This document shows positions 9,497-18,272 of a stretch of DNA of 64,000 nt, one piece after another (positions within the stretch are counted from its first letter, which is position 1; each line of letters starts with the position of its first letter). The stretch is from Eubacteriales bacterium (GTDB lineage Bacteria; Bacillota; Clostridia; Oscillospirales; SIG627). A program made the translations under genes and the position numbers. The stretch lies in assembly GCA_045590715.1 (NCBI GenBank), contig JAZNRO010000049.1, positions 1,853 through 65,852 of the forward strand, read 5' to 3'. The notes under the pieces were generated by a model. It saw only the letters and a program-made list of their open reading frames with translations, ran no database searches and had not been told where the DNA came from.

Positions 9497-10516
9497 ATGA
9501 AAAAGATTAACGTTTCAAAACTCCCCGCTCTTCTTTCCGCTTTGGCCAAGAAAGAAGCTCTGTATCTGCCTGTTGACGGCAAAGCCGGCGCAGACTACAA
9601 GCGTTTTGAAGAGGGTGACACCCTTTCTACCGCGCTGAATACCAACAGAAGCGCAAAAGACTTCTTCTTCCCCCAGGTAGAAGATATGGCTTCCTTCAAA
9701 GTAGAAGGACAGAAGATCGAAGTTTTCGATACCAGAAAGGAAAACGAAGATTTCATCATCTTCGGTGCAAGAGCCTGTGACGTAAGAAGCTTTGACATTC
9801 TGGACAGAGTGTTCCTGGGCGCACCGGTAGACACCTTCTATCAGAACAGAAGAGAGCATGCGACCATCGTTTCCATCGCTTGTTCCAGACCCGAAGAAAC
9901 CTGCTTCTGCGGCTCCTTCGGTATTGATGCGGCAAACCCCGCTGGTGATATCAGCGCAGTATACGTAGGCGACGAGCTCTACTTTACCGCTAACACCGAC
10001 AAGGGCACCGCGCTTCTCGACAGCGTTTCCGACCTTCTGGAAGAAGGCGACGAAAAGAAAGCGGAGAAAGAAAAAGAAGCCATCAAGGAAACCTTGAAAA
10101 AGCTTCCCCTTCAGGATCTTCCCACCGATCACTTCAAGGCTGAAGACCTGATGGAGCACTTTGCCGATGCAAATTGGGCAGAGCTTTCCAAGGCTTGTCT
10201 GGGCTGCGGTACTTGTACCTTCGTATGCCCCACCTGTCAGTGCTTTGACGTTCGCGATTTTGATACCGGACACGGCATTCAGCGTTATCGCTGCTGGGAC
10301 TCCTGCATGTATTCCGACTTTACTCAGATGGCGGCAGAAAACCCCAGACACACTCAGCTGGAAAGATTCCGCCAGAGATTTATGCACAAGCTGGTATACT
10401 ACCCCGCCAACAACGAAGGCATCTTCGGTTGCGTAGGCTGTGGCAGATGTCTTGCAAAATGCCCCATTAATATGAATATTGTAAAAGTAATGAAAAAGAT
10501 TGGAGGGGACAAATAA
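9497..10516 (+). CDS. 4Fe-4S dicluster subunit, AsrA / sulfhydrogenase-beta / FlxB-like
   Basis: 339 aa. CLGCGTCTFVCPTCQCFD and CVGCGRCLAKCP. 3-nt gap from the upstream gene. Confidence 0.6.
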   Translation: MKKINVSKLPALLSALAKKEALYLPVDGKAGADYKRFEEGDTLSTALNTNRSAKDFFFPQVEDMASFKVEGQKIEVFDTRKENEDFIIFGARACDVRSFDILDRVFLGAPVDTFYQNRREHATIVSIACSRPEETCFCGSFGIDAANPAGDISAVYVGDELYFTANTDKGTALLDSVSDLLEEGDEKKAEKEKEAIKETLKKLPLQDLPTDHFKAEDLMEHFADANWAELSKACLGCGTCTFVCPTCQCFDVRDFDTGHGIQRYRCWDSCMYSDFTQMAAENPRHTQLERFRQRFMHKLVYYPANNEGIFGCVGCGRCLAKCPINMNIVKVMKKIGGDK

Positions 10517-11343
10517 TGATGAAAGAAGCTTTGATCCCCGATATCGGTGTGATCACCGATATTCGCATTGACACTCCGGACGTTAGAACCTTCCGCGTGG
10601 TTACCCCCGATGGAAAGAAACCCTTCGAGCATATCCCCGGTCAGTGCGCATTTCTCTCCATTCCCGGTGTAGGCGAAGCGCTGTTCTCTATCACCTCTTC
10701 CCCCACGAACACCGAATATATGGAGTTTTCCATCAAAAAGTGCGGCTGTGTTACCAGCTTTCTCCACTCCATTGAGCCCGGCCAGTACGTGACCATCCGT
10801 GGTCCTTACGGCAACGGCTTCCCCGTGGAAACGGCTTTCAAGGGAAAAGATCTTCTCTTCGTAGCCGGCGGTATCGGCCTTGCACCTTTAAGATCCGTCA
10901 TCAACTACTGCCGTCATTACAGAGAAAATTACGGCTCCATTGATATCGTTTACGGCTCCCGTTCTATGCAGGATCTGGTAGACTACAACGAGATCATGGA
11001 AGAGTGGTGCAAAGAAGACGGTATCAACGTTCACCTGACCATCGACCGCGAACAGCCCGAATGGTCCGGCCACGTAGGCTTTGTACCCAACTTTGTAAAG
11101 GAACTGGGCTTTGATACCAACAAGACCGCAGTTCTTTGCGGACCTCCCATTATGATCAAATTCACTCTGGCAGGACTGCAGGAGATCGGATTCAAGAAGG
11201 ATCAGATCTACACCACCCTGGAAATGCGTATGAAGTGCGGCATCGGAAAATGCGGCAGATGCAACCTGGGTGACAAATTCATCTGTAAAGACGGACCTGT
11301 CTTCCGCTTTGACCAGCTGGAAGAACTTCCCGACGAATATTAA
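10516..11343 (+). CDS. FAD/NAD(P)H-binding oxidoreductase with C-terminal 2Fe-2S site (AsrB / HydG / PyrK / FlxA-like)
   Basis: 275 aa. FNR-like fold (FVAGGIGLAPLRS), C-terminal MKCGIGKCGRCNLG motif. Start overlaps the upstream stop. Confidence 0.7.
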   Translation: MMKEALIPDIGVITDIRIDTPDVRTFRVVTPDGKKPFEHIPGQCAFLSIPGVGEALFSITSSPTNTEYMEFSIKKCGCVTSFLHSIEPGQYVTIRGPYGNGFPVETAFKGKDLLFVAGGIGLAPLRSVINYCRHYRENYGSIDIVYGSRSMQDLVDYNEIMEEWCKEDGINVHLTIDREQPEWSGHVGFVPNFVKELGFDTNKTAVLCGPPIMIKFTLAGLQEIGFKKDQIYTTLEMRMKCGIGKCGRCNLGDKFICKDGPVFRFDQLEELPDEY

Positions 11344-11364
11344 TCGTATCGAAAGGATAGAAAG

Positions 11365-12039
11365 ATGGAAAAGAATGTAAATATCTTCCTGTACGGAAAA
11401 AAATACTCCGTACCCGGAAACCTTACCATTATGAACGCAATGGAATATGCCGGCTATCAGCTGGTTCGCGGTTGCGGTTGCCGTAACGGCTTCTGTGGCG
11501 CTTGCGCTACCATTTACAGAATCAAGGGTGACACCGAACTGAAGGCTTGTCTTGCTTGTCAGACCAAGGTTGAGGACAATATGTATATTGCCACTCTCCC
11601 CTTCTTCCCCTTGGTAAAACAGATCTACGACATTGAAAAGATCGGTCCTACCGAACAGATCATGATGCAGCTCTACCCCGAAATCTACAGCTGTATCGGT
11701 TGTAACGCCTGCACCAAGGCTTGCACCCAGGAACTGAACGTGATGCAGTACATCGCTTACGCTCAGAGAGGCGAGTACGAAAAGTGCGCGGAAGAAAGCT
11801 TTGACTGCGTTATGTGCGGCGTATGCTCCTCCCGTTGCCCTGCCGGTATCAGCCATCCCCAGGTAGCAATGCTGGCTCGCAGACTCAACGGTAAGTACCT
11901 TGCTCCCGGATGCGGACATCTGGAAGACAGAGTAAAAGAGATCAACGACGGCACCTTCCAGGAACTCCTTGAGAACCTGATGCAGAAGCCCATCGATGAA
12001 CTCAAAGAACTCTACAACAATCGTGAGATCGAGAAATAA
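11365..12039 (+). CDS. Succinate dehydrogenase/fumarate reductase iron-sulfur subunit-like protein
   Basis: 224 aa. N-terminal CGCRNGFCGACA (2Fe-2S-type), then CIGCNACTKAC and CVMCGVCSSRCP. Confidence 0.6.
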   Translation: MEKNVNIFLYGKKYSVPGNLTIMNAMEYAGYQLVRGCGCRNGFCGACATIYRIKGDTELKACLACQTKVEDNMYIATLPFFPLVKQIYDIEKIGPTEQIMMQLYPEIYSCIGCNACTKACTQELNVMQYIAYAQRGEYEKCAEESFDCVMCGVCSSRCPAGISHPQVAMLARRLNGKYLAPGCGHLEDRVKEINDGTFQELLENLMQKPIDELKELYNNREIEK

Positions 12040-12053
12040 GGAGGGAAAGCACA

Positions 12054-13649
12054 ATGTATAATGAAGATATTCGCCTTTCTCTGGCAAAAGTAGAGGCAAA
12101 CAGAAAAGCAAATGCTGCCTCCGAACCCAAAAGAATGACTGCCGAGGAGAAGGAAAAGCTCCTTGCTACCTTCCACCCCGACTATATCGAAAGCCAGTTT
12201 GATACGCTTGCCATCGGCCCCAACAAGGGTCAGAAGGTTCCCGTAGAACTGAAGGCTCTTCTGGAAGCAAATTCCAGAGTAAAGGGTCTTGACCTGGATC
12301 TGGAAAACGTTGACTACGACGTAGACGTACTGGTAATCGGCGGCGGCGGTGCCGGCGCCAGCGCAGCCATTGAAGCCCACGAAAAGGGCGCAAAGGTTAT
12401 GATCGCTACCAAGCTCCGTATCGGCGATGCCAACACCATGATGGCAGAAGGCGGTATTCAGGCTGCTGATAAGCCCAACGACTCCCCCGCAATCCACTAC
12501 GTAGACGCACTGGGCGGCGGACACTTTAAGAACAAGCCCGAACTTCTCTACCGTCTTGTTACCGAAGCTCCCGACGCCATCAAATGGCTCAACGAGCTGG
12601 GCGTAGAATTCGATAAGATGGCTGACGGTACTATGGTTACCACCCACGGCGGCGGTACCAGCCGTAAGAGAATGCACGCTGCCAAGGACTACTCCGGCGC
12701 AGAAATCATGCGTACTCTCCGCGATGAGGTATTCAACCGTCAGATCCCCGTTGTTGATTTCACCGCAGCTATTGAACTGATCCTGGACGAGGAAGGCAAG
12801 GCTGCCGGTGCTGTTCTCCAGAATATGGAAACCGGCGAAATTATGATCGCCCGTGCAAAGACTGTTATCATCGCTACCGGCGGTTGCGGCAGACTGCACT
12901 ACCAGGGCTTCCCCACCTCCAACCACTACGGTGCTACCGCAGACGGTCTGGTTCTGGGTTACAGAGCAGGCGCAAAGCTTCTCTACGCTGATACTCTTCA
13001 GTATCACCCCACCGGTGCTGCATACCCCGAACAGATCTTCGGCGCACTGGTAACCGAAAAAGTTCGTTCTCTGGGCGCTATGCTCATTAACTGCGACGGT
13101 ACTGCTTTCATGCATCCCTTGGAAACCCGTGACGTTTGCGCTTCTTCTATCATTCGTGAATGCAAGGAACGCGGCAAGGGTATTAAGACTCCCATGGGCG
13201 AAGGCATCTGGCTGGATACTCCCATGATCGAAATGAAGGGTGGCGAGGGTACCATCGAAAAGAGAATCCCCGCTATGATGAGAATGTTCGGCAAATACGG
13301 TATTGATATCCGTAAAGAGCCCATCCTGATCTACCCCACTCTCCACTACCAGAACGGCGGTCTTGAAATCAAGAAGGACAACGAGACCAACATTCCCAAC
13401 CTGTACGTAGCTGGCGAAGCCGTTGGCGGTATCCACGGTAGAAACAGACTAATGGGTAACTCCCTGCTTGACATCATCGTATTCGGTAGAAGCGCAGGTA
13501 AGAATGCTGCTGACAGAGCGGCTGATACCAAGGTTGGAAAGCTCACCCTTTCCCACGTTGACGCTTTTGCAAAGGAAATGGCTGATGCCGGTATCAAGTC
13601 CGATATCGTATCTCCCAAGCTCCTTCCCGACTACAAGAGAAAAGTTTAA
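12054..13649 (+). CDS. Fumarate reductase/succinate dehydrogenase-family flavoprotein (soluble type; no covalent-FAD His)
   Basis: 531 aa. VLVIGGGGAGASAAIEA, LQYHPTG, ETRDV, LHYQNGG, GEAVGGIHGRNRLMGNSLLD. RBS AAGGAGGG. Confidence 0.75.
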   Translation: MYNEDIRLSLAKVEANRKANAASEPKRMTAEEKEKLLATFHPDYIESQFDTLAIGPNKGQKVPVELKALLEANSRVKGLDLDLENVDYDVDVLVIGGGGAGASAAIEAHEKGAKVMIATKLRIGDANTMMAEGGIQAADKPNDSPAIHYVDALGGGHFKNKPELLYRLVTEAPDAIKWLNELGVEFDKMADGTMVTTHGGGTSRKRMHAAKDYSGAEIMRTLRDEVFNRQIPVVDFTAAIELILDEEGKAAGAVLQNMETGEIMIARAKTVIIATGGCGRLHYQGFPTSNHYGATADGLVLGYRAGAKLLYADTLQYHPTGAAYPEQIFGALVTEKVRSLGAMLINCDGTAFMHPLETRDVCASSIIRECKERGKGIKTPMGEGIWLDTPMIEMKGGEGTIEKRIPAMMRMFGKYGIDIRKEPILIYPTLHYQNGGLEIKKDNETNIPNLYVAGEAVGGIHGRNRLMGNSLLDIIVFGRSAGKNAADRAADTKVGKLTLSHVDAFAKEMADAGIKSDIVSPKLLPDYKRKV

Positions 13650-13660
13650 GTTATAAAAAA

Positions 13661-13691
13661 AGAGCAGATCCAAATGGATCTGCTCTTTTTC
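13661..13691 (+). terminator. Rho-independent terminator closing the fumC-frd operon
   Basis: Stem AGAGCAGATCC / GGATCTGCTCT, loop AAAT, followed by a T-run. Confidence 0.8.
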
Positions 13692-13729
13692 TTTCGGGAT
13701 AAAAAATCGGTATTTTTCTGCCGATTTTT

Positions 13730-14116
13730 TTATTTTAAATATTCTTTTTGATAAAGCAAAAGGGCGCAAAGGCCGAGAAGAAGGCTGATACCAAGTCCCG
13801 CAAGGGAGAAGTTTCGGATTCCGCCGGTCAAAGGCAGAAGGGACAGGATCGTTCCGGCAAAGGACAGGAAAAAGGCACTTTTCTCCCACTTTTCCTTGAA
13901 GAAGGAAAGGATAAGGATCAAAACAAATAAAGTGCTTAAGATCGCTGTCAAAAGCGGAAAGAAATTGGCATAGCCGTAAGGGGTAAGACTAAAATAGGAA
14001 TACGTTCTGCGAACGGTTTTACCGGAATCAAGGGCGAAATTCAGTACCGCGCCCCAAGGCATGATCTCTAAAAAAAGCACAACCAGTGAAAGGATAAAAG
14101 CAAAACGTTTTTTCAT
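13730..14116 (-). CDS. Small integral membrane protein (about 4 TM), function unknown
   Basis: 128 aa, hydrophobic segments throughout. Directly downstream of rdgB on the same strand. Confidence 0.55.
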   Translation of the reverse strand: MKKRFAFILSLVVLFLEIMPWGAVLNFALDSGKTVRRTYSYFSLTPYGYANFFPLLTAILSTLFVLILILSFFKEKWEKSAFFLSFAGTILSLLPLTGGIRNFSLAGLGISLLLGLCALLLYQKEYLK

Positions 14117-14127
14117 ATAGCCCTCCT

Positions 14128-14703
14128 TTAAGAAAGCTTTAAAAGCAGTTTCTGCAAGGCTTCTGCCCGATGGCTGATCTGATTTTTCTTTTCTGCGCTG
14201 AGTTCTGCGGCAGTACAGCCGTACTGGGGCAAATAGAAGTAAGGATCGTAACCGAAGCCGCCCTCTCCTTTGGGGGTATCAATGATCTGACCGAAAAGGT
14301 ACCCTTCCGTACAGATCTCTTTTCCATCCGGGAAACAAAGACACATAGCGCAGGTGTAATGGGCATCTCTATTTTCTTCACCCTGCAGTTTTTCTACCAA
14401 AAGACGGTTATTGGCTTCATCGTCCCCGTGTCTGCCGCAAAAGCGGGCAGAGTAAATACCGGGGGCGCCGCCTAAAGCGTCTACGCAAATTCCACTGTCA
14501 TCCGCCAGGGCCGCACAGCCGGAAATTTCAGCAATTTCTCTGGCCTTCTTTCTGGCATTTTCCCGGAAGGTCTCGCCGTCTTCTACAGTTTCGTGATCGA
14601 TTCCCGCCTCGCGGATGGAAAGGATCTCTTCAAACTTTTCCCCTAAAATGGCGCGGATCTCACGGATCTTTCCGGCATTGCCGGAGGCAATGATCAGTTT
14701 CAT
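14128..14703 (-). CDS. rdgB: Non-canonical purine NTP pyrophosphatase (RdgB/HAM1 family)
   Basis: MKLIIASGNAGKIREI..., ...FGYDPYF..., SHRAEAL motifs. ATG 14703 abuts the glyA stop; the track's N-terminal extension overlaps glyA. Confidence 0.85.
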   Translation of the reverse strand: MKLIIASGNAGKIREIRAILGEKFEEILSIREAGIDHETVEDGETFRENARKKAREIAEISGCAALADDSGICVDALGGAPGIYSARFCGRHGDDEANNRLLVEKLQGEENRDAHYTCAMCLCFPDGKEICTEGYLFGQIIDTPKGEGGFGYDPYFYLPQYGCTAAELSAEKKNQISHRAEALQKLLLKLS

Positions 14704-14704
14704 A

Positions 14705-15946
14705 TTAGTCAGCGTAAATGGGGAATTTCTCGCAAAGAGCCATAACTTCTGCGGAAACTCTCTCACGGTTGCCTTCAAAATCGGTGGCAATATCGCGGAT
14801 CCACAGAGCGATCTTCTCCATTTCCTCTACGCCGAAGCCACGGGTGGTAACGGCGGGAGTACCGATACGGATACCGCTGGTTACGAAGGGGCTTTCGGGA
14901 TCGTCGGGAATGGTATTCTTGTTTACCGTAATATGAACGGCGTCGAGTCTTGCCTGCATTTCTTTACCGGTAACCTTGAAGTTGCGAAGGTCAATGAGCA
15001 TCAGGTGGTTATCGGTACCGCCGGATACGACACGGAAGCCGGCTTTTTCCATTGCTTTTGCAAGGGTTGCGGCATTCTTTACCACGTTCTTCTGATATTC
15101 TACGAATTCAGGCTTCATTGCTTCGCCGAAAGAAACGGCCTTGGCAGCAATGATGTGTTCCAGAGGACCGCCCTGAAGACCGGGGAACATTGCCTTGTCA
15201 ATGATCTTGGCAAATTCTTCCTTGCAAAGGATCAGACCGCCTCTGGGTCCGCGCAGGGTCTTATGGGTGGTGGTGGTAACAACGTCTGCATAGGGTACGG
15301 GGGAAGGATGAAGTCCTGCGGCAACAAGACCTGCAATGTGAGCCATATCTACCATATAGTAAGCGCCCACTTCTTTTGCGATCTGGCCGATCTTTTCAAA
15401 ATCAATGGTACGGGAGTAAGCAGAAGCACCGGCAATGATCAGCTTGGGCTTGCATTCCAATGCCTTCTGACGGATCAGTTCGTAATCCAGAACTTCGCTC
15501 TTTTCATCTACACCGTAGGAAACGATGTTGTAATACTTACCGGAAATATTGGCAGGAGAGCCGTGGGAAAGGTGACCGCCGTGAGCCAGAGAAAGACCCA
15601 TAACGGTATCGCCGGGCTGTACCAGAGCCAGGAATACGCCAAGGTTTGCAGCAGCGCCGCAGTGGGGCTGAACGTTTGCGTGGTCAGCACCGAAGAGCTT
15701 CTTTGCTCTTTCGATGGCAATGGTTTCCACCTCGTCAATATGCTCACAGCCACCGTAGTAACGCTTGTTGGGATAGCCTTCCGCATACTTATTGGTAAGA
15801 ACGGTACCGGCAGCCATCAGAACAGCCTTGGATACGATATTCTCGGAAGCGATCAATTCAATATTGTGGCGCTGACGGGCAAGTTCACGGTCACAAGCGG
15901 CGAAAACCTCAGCATCAAAATTTTTAAGTTCATCAAAAAAATTCAT
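14705..15946 (-). CDS. glyA: Serine hydroxymethyltransferase
   Basis: 413 aa. [39 protein letters not shown] and [14 protein letters not shown] (PLP-Lys) motifs. Confidence 0.95.
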   Translation of the reverse strand: MNFFDELKNFDAEVFAACDRELARQRHNIELIASENIVSKAVLMAAGTVLTNKYAEGYPNKRYYGGCEHIDEVETIAIERAKKLFGADHANVQPHCGAAANLGVFLALVQPGDTVMGLSLAHGGHLSHGSPANISGKYYNIVSYGVDEKSEVLDYELIRQKALECKPKLIIAGASAYSRTIDFEKIGQIAKEVGAYYMVDMAHIAGLVAAGLHPSPVPYADVVTTTTHKTLRGPRGGLILCKEEFAKIIDKAMFPGLQGGPLEHIIAAKAVSFGEAMKPEFVEYQKNVVKNAATLAKAMEKAGFRVVSGGTDNHLMLIDLRNFKVTGKEMQARLDAVHITVNKNTIPDDPESPFVTSGIRIGTPAVTTRGFGVEEMEKIALWIRDIATDFEGNRERVSAEVMALCEKFPIYAD

Positions 15947-16028
15947 TTTTCTTTTCTCCTTATTATCATTCTATTAAAAGAGGGATTTCCTCAAAATCAT
16001 CATATGCGTTTTTTATTGGACTGTAAAA

Positions 16029-16844
16029 TCATTCCTTCTTATCAAGGCCAAATAGACGAATGGCATTACCGGAAAGGATCTGACGATTGGCCTCTTCGGG
16101 AAGGTCCAGAGAAAGGAAGGTATCCAGTTCCTTTAAGGGATCCCACATGGGATAATCAGAGCCAAATAAAACTCTGTCAAATCCCCAGCGGCAGATCAAT
16201 TCTTTTGCCTTCTCCTTTTCCCAGAAAGGAAAGGTAGAAGAGCAGTCCACATACAAATTCTTCTTATGAGATAAGGCCTTGTACGCGTCTTCCCAAATGG
16301 ACCAGCCCGCAAGATGGGCGCCGATCACCGTAAGGTTTTCGTAAATGTCCAAAATGGGTAAAAGACGGTTGGGATTGGAAAAATCGTAGCGGTAATCGCC
16401 GGTGTGAAGAAGTACCGGAATCCCCTTTTTCTCGCAAAGCTCGTAAATTTTCAGACAGCGGAAATCATCTAATTTAAAGGCCTGGATATCCGGATGAAGC
16501 TTTACTCCTTGGAGTCCAAGCTCCAGAAGATGCTCAAAATCCCGCTCAATATCATCGCTCTCCGGGTGAAGGGTGCCAAAGCCGAAGAAAATATCCGGGT
16601 GAAGCTGAACTTCTCTGGCAATAAAGGAATTGATGGATTCTACCTGGTGAGGGGTGGTAGCCACGGAATGAACCAAAAAGCGATCGATCCGGCCGTCTGC
16701 CAGGATCTCTTTCAGTCCTCCGGTAGTGCCGTCGCAAGCGGGAGAGGTACCGTACAAACGATCGGTACCGGCACAGGCTTTTGCCGCTATCTTTTCCGGA
16801 TAAATATGGCAATGGGCATCAATTACGGGAATGTTACCGACCAT
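16029..16844 (-). CDS. Amidohydrolase-family (TIM-barrel metal-dependent) hydrolase
   Basis: 271 aa. N-terminal IDAHCHIYP metal-binding HxH, later HTGD and GSDYP motifs. RBS GAAGGAG. Confidence 0.7.
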   Translation of the reverse strand: MVGNIPVIDAHCHIYPEKIAAKACAGTDRLYGTSPACDGTTGGLKEILADGRIDRFLVHSVATTPHQVESINSFIAREVQLHPDIFFGFGTLHPESDDIERDFEHLLELGLQGVKLHPDIQAFKLDDFRCLKIYELCEKKGIPVLLHTGDYRYDFSNPNRLLPILDIYENLTVIGAHLAGWSIWEDAYKALSHKKNLYVDCSSTFPFWEKEKAKELICRWGFDRVLFGSDYPMWDPLKELDTFLSLDLPEEANRQILSGNAIRLFGLDKKE

Positions 16845-16944
16845 TTTCTACTCCTTCTTCCTATTTATTCGACTATTTATTATTTTACACCATTCATATT
16901 CTAATATCAATAGAATATGAAAGAAAGAATGTTTCTTTTTTGTG

Positions 16945-16980
16945 AAAAAACAAGCCCGGGCAAGGCTCGGACTTGTTTTG
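16945..16980. terminator. Stem-loop terminator downstream of the SulP gene
   Basis: AACAAG(C/T)CCG...CGG(A/G)CTTGTT imperfect stem flanked by A6 and T4 runs. Confidence 0.55.
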
Positions 16981-16988
16981 ATAAGTTT

Positions 16989-18272
16989 TTATGCGGTTTT
17001 CTTTCTTTTGATCTTTCCCAAAAGGTAAAAAACAAAGTGCAGGGAAAGGCCTACGGCAATGGCTACCACAAGATCAAAGATCACGGTTAAGAGGAAAGTA
17101 AGCACCAAGACCAGGATACCGGTAAAGGGCTGCGTTTTCACCATTGAAACAAATTTTCTCCACTCGCTCATATTATAGGCTACCATAAAGAGAATAGCTG
17201 CAATGGTAGGCATGGGGATCAGAGCCGCAAGAGGCATCAAAACCAAAAGAACAAGCAAGAGAACCAGCGCGTGAACCATACCCGCGATGGGGGTTCTGCC
17301 GCCGTTTTTCGCGTTGGCGGCGGTTCTGGCAATGGCACCGGTAGCGGGAATACCACCGAACATAACCGACAGCATATTGCCTGCGCCCTGGGCAACCAGT
17401 TCCGCATTGGGATTGTGCTTAGAATCGATCATAGTATCTGCTACCACGCAGGAAAGAAGGGATTCAATGGCCGCAAGGATCGCAATGGTAATAGCATCGG
17501 GCAAAAGGGACAAAAGATTTCCCGCGCTGAAATCAAGGCCGGTCAAAGTAAAAGGAGGAAGACCGGAGGGGATGGTATAAAGCTCTCCGATGGTAAATAC
17601 GCCCCCGTCCAGACCGGGAATGAATTTCACCATCAAAGCGCCAAATAAAACCGCAATGAGAGAAGGCGGAACTCTTTTTTCAAATCTGGGGTAAATAATA
17701 AGGATGGAAAGACTTACCAAACCTACCAAAAGGGCCTGCCAGGAGAAGGTGGAAAGAGAAGCAAGGTTTGCTTCCATTTTTTCAATGGTTTCTACGGGCT
17801 TTATACCGGCGGCGTACTGCAGACCGAAAAAGTCCTTCAACTGACCCAAAAGAATGGTAACGGCGATACCGGAGGTAAAACCGACGGTAATAGTAGAAGG
17901 AACGAAGCGGATCAGTCCGCCCATTTTGCAAACGCCCATGAGAATCAAAATAGCGCCTGCCATCAAGGTGGCTAAAATCAGGCCGCCCATTCCCTTCTGG
18001 GCTACCACGCCTGCTACGATGGTAGCAAAGGCAGCGGTGGGGCCGGCAATCTGGATCCGGCTTCCGCCTAAAAAGGATACCACAAAACCTGCGACAATAG
18101 CGGTATAAACACCGGCGGCAGGTTCTACGCCGCTGGCAAGAGCCAGGGCAATGGATAAAGGCAAAGCAATAATGGCAACGATGATACCGGCTACGATATC
18201 CTTTACCACCTGCTCCTTTTTCAGATCCTTTAAAACGGAAAAGAATTTGGGAAGCAAATAAAACTCTTTCAT
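16989..18272 (-). CDS. SulP-family anion transporter (transmembrane core only, no STAS domain)
   Basis: 427 aa. DIVAGIIVAIIALPLSIALALASGV and GGSRIQIAGPTAAFA motifs of SulP. The protein ends right after the last TM. Confidence 0.75.
   Translation of the reverse strand: MKEFYLLPKFFSVLKDLKKEQVVKDIVAGIIVAIIALPLSIALALASGVEPAAGVYTAIVAGFVVSFLGGSRIQIAGPTAAFATIVAGVVAQKGMGGLILATLMAGAILILMGVCKMGGLIRFVPSTITVGFTSGIAVTILLGQLKDFFGLQYAAGIKPVETIEKMEANLASLSTFSWQALLVGLVSLSILIIYPRFEKRVPPSLIAVLFGALMVKFIPGLDGGVFTIGELYTIPSGLPPFTLTGLDFSAGNLLSLLPDAITIAILAAIESLLSCVVADTMIDSKHNPNAELVAQGAGNMLSVMFGGIPATGAIARTAANAKNGGRTPIAGMVHALVLLLVLLVLMPLAALIPMPTIAAILFMVAYNMSEWRKFVSMVKTQPFTGILVLVLTFLLTVIFDLVVAIAVGLSLHFVFYLLGKIKRKKTA

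Noticed and set aside
10888-13436. Two long minus-strand ORFs (407 and 474 aa) over the flxA-like/frdB-like/frdA-like genes
   Set aside because: They lie opposite genes with clear cofactor motifs and coupled RBSs. There are no motifs or RBSs on the minus strand. Similar antisense artefacts are seen at 771..1592, 5185..6021, 7129..8139 and 9515..10387.
14615-16237. 540-aa plus-strand ORF across rdgB/glyA
   Set aside because: It is antisense to glyA, whose PLP-Lys motif and full-length SHMT sequence are clear. The shadow ORF has a G/N/V-rich nonsense composition.
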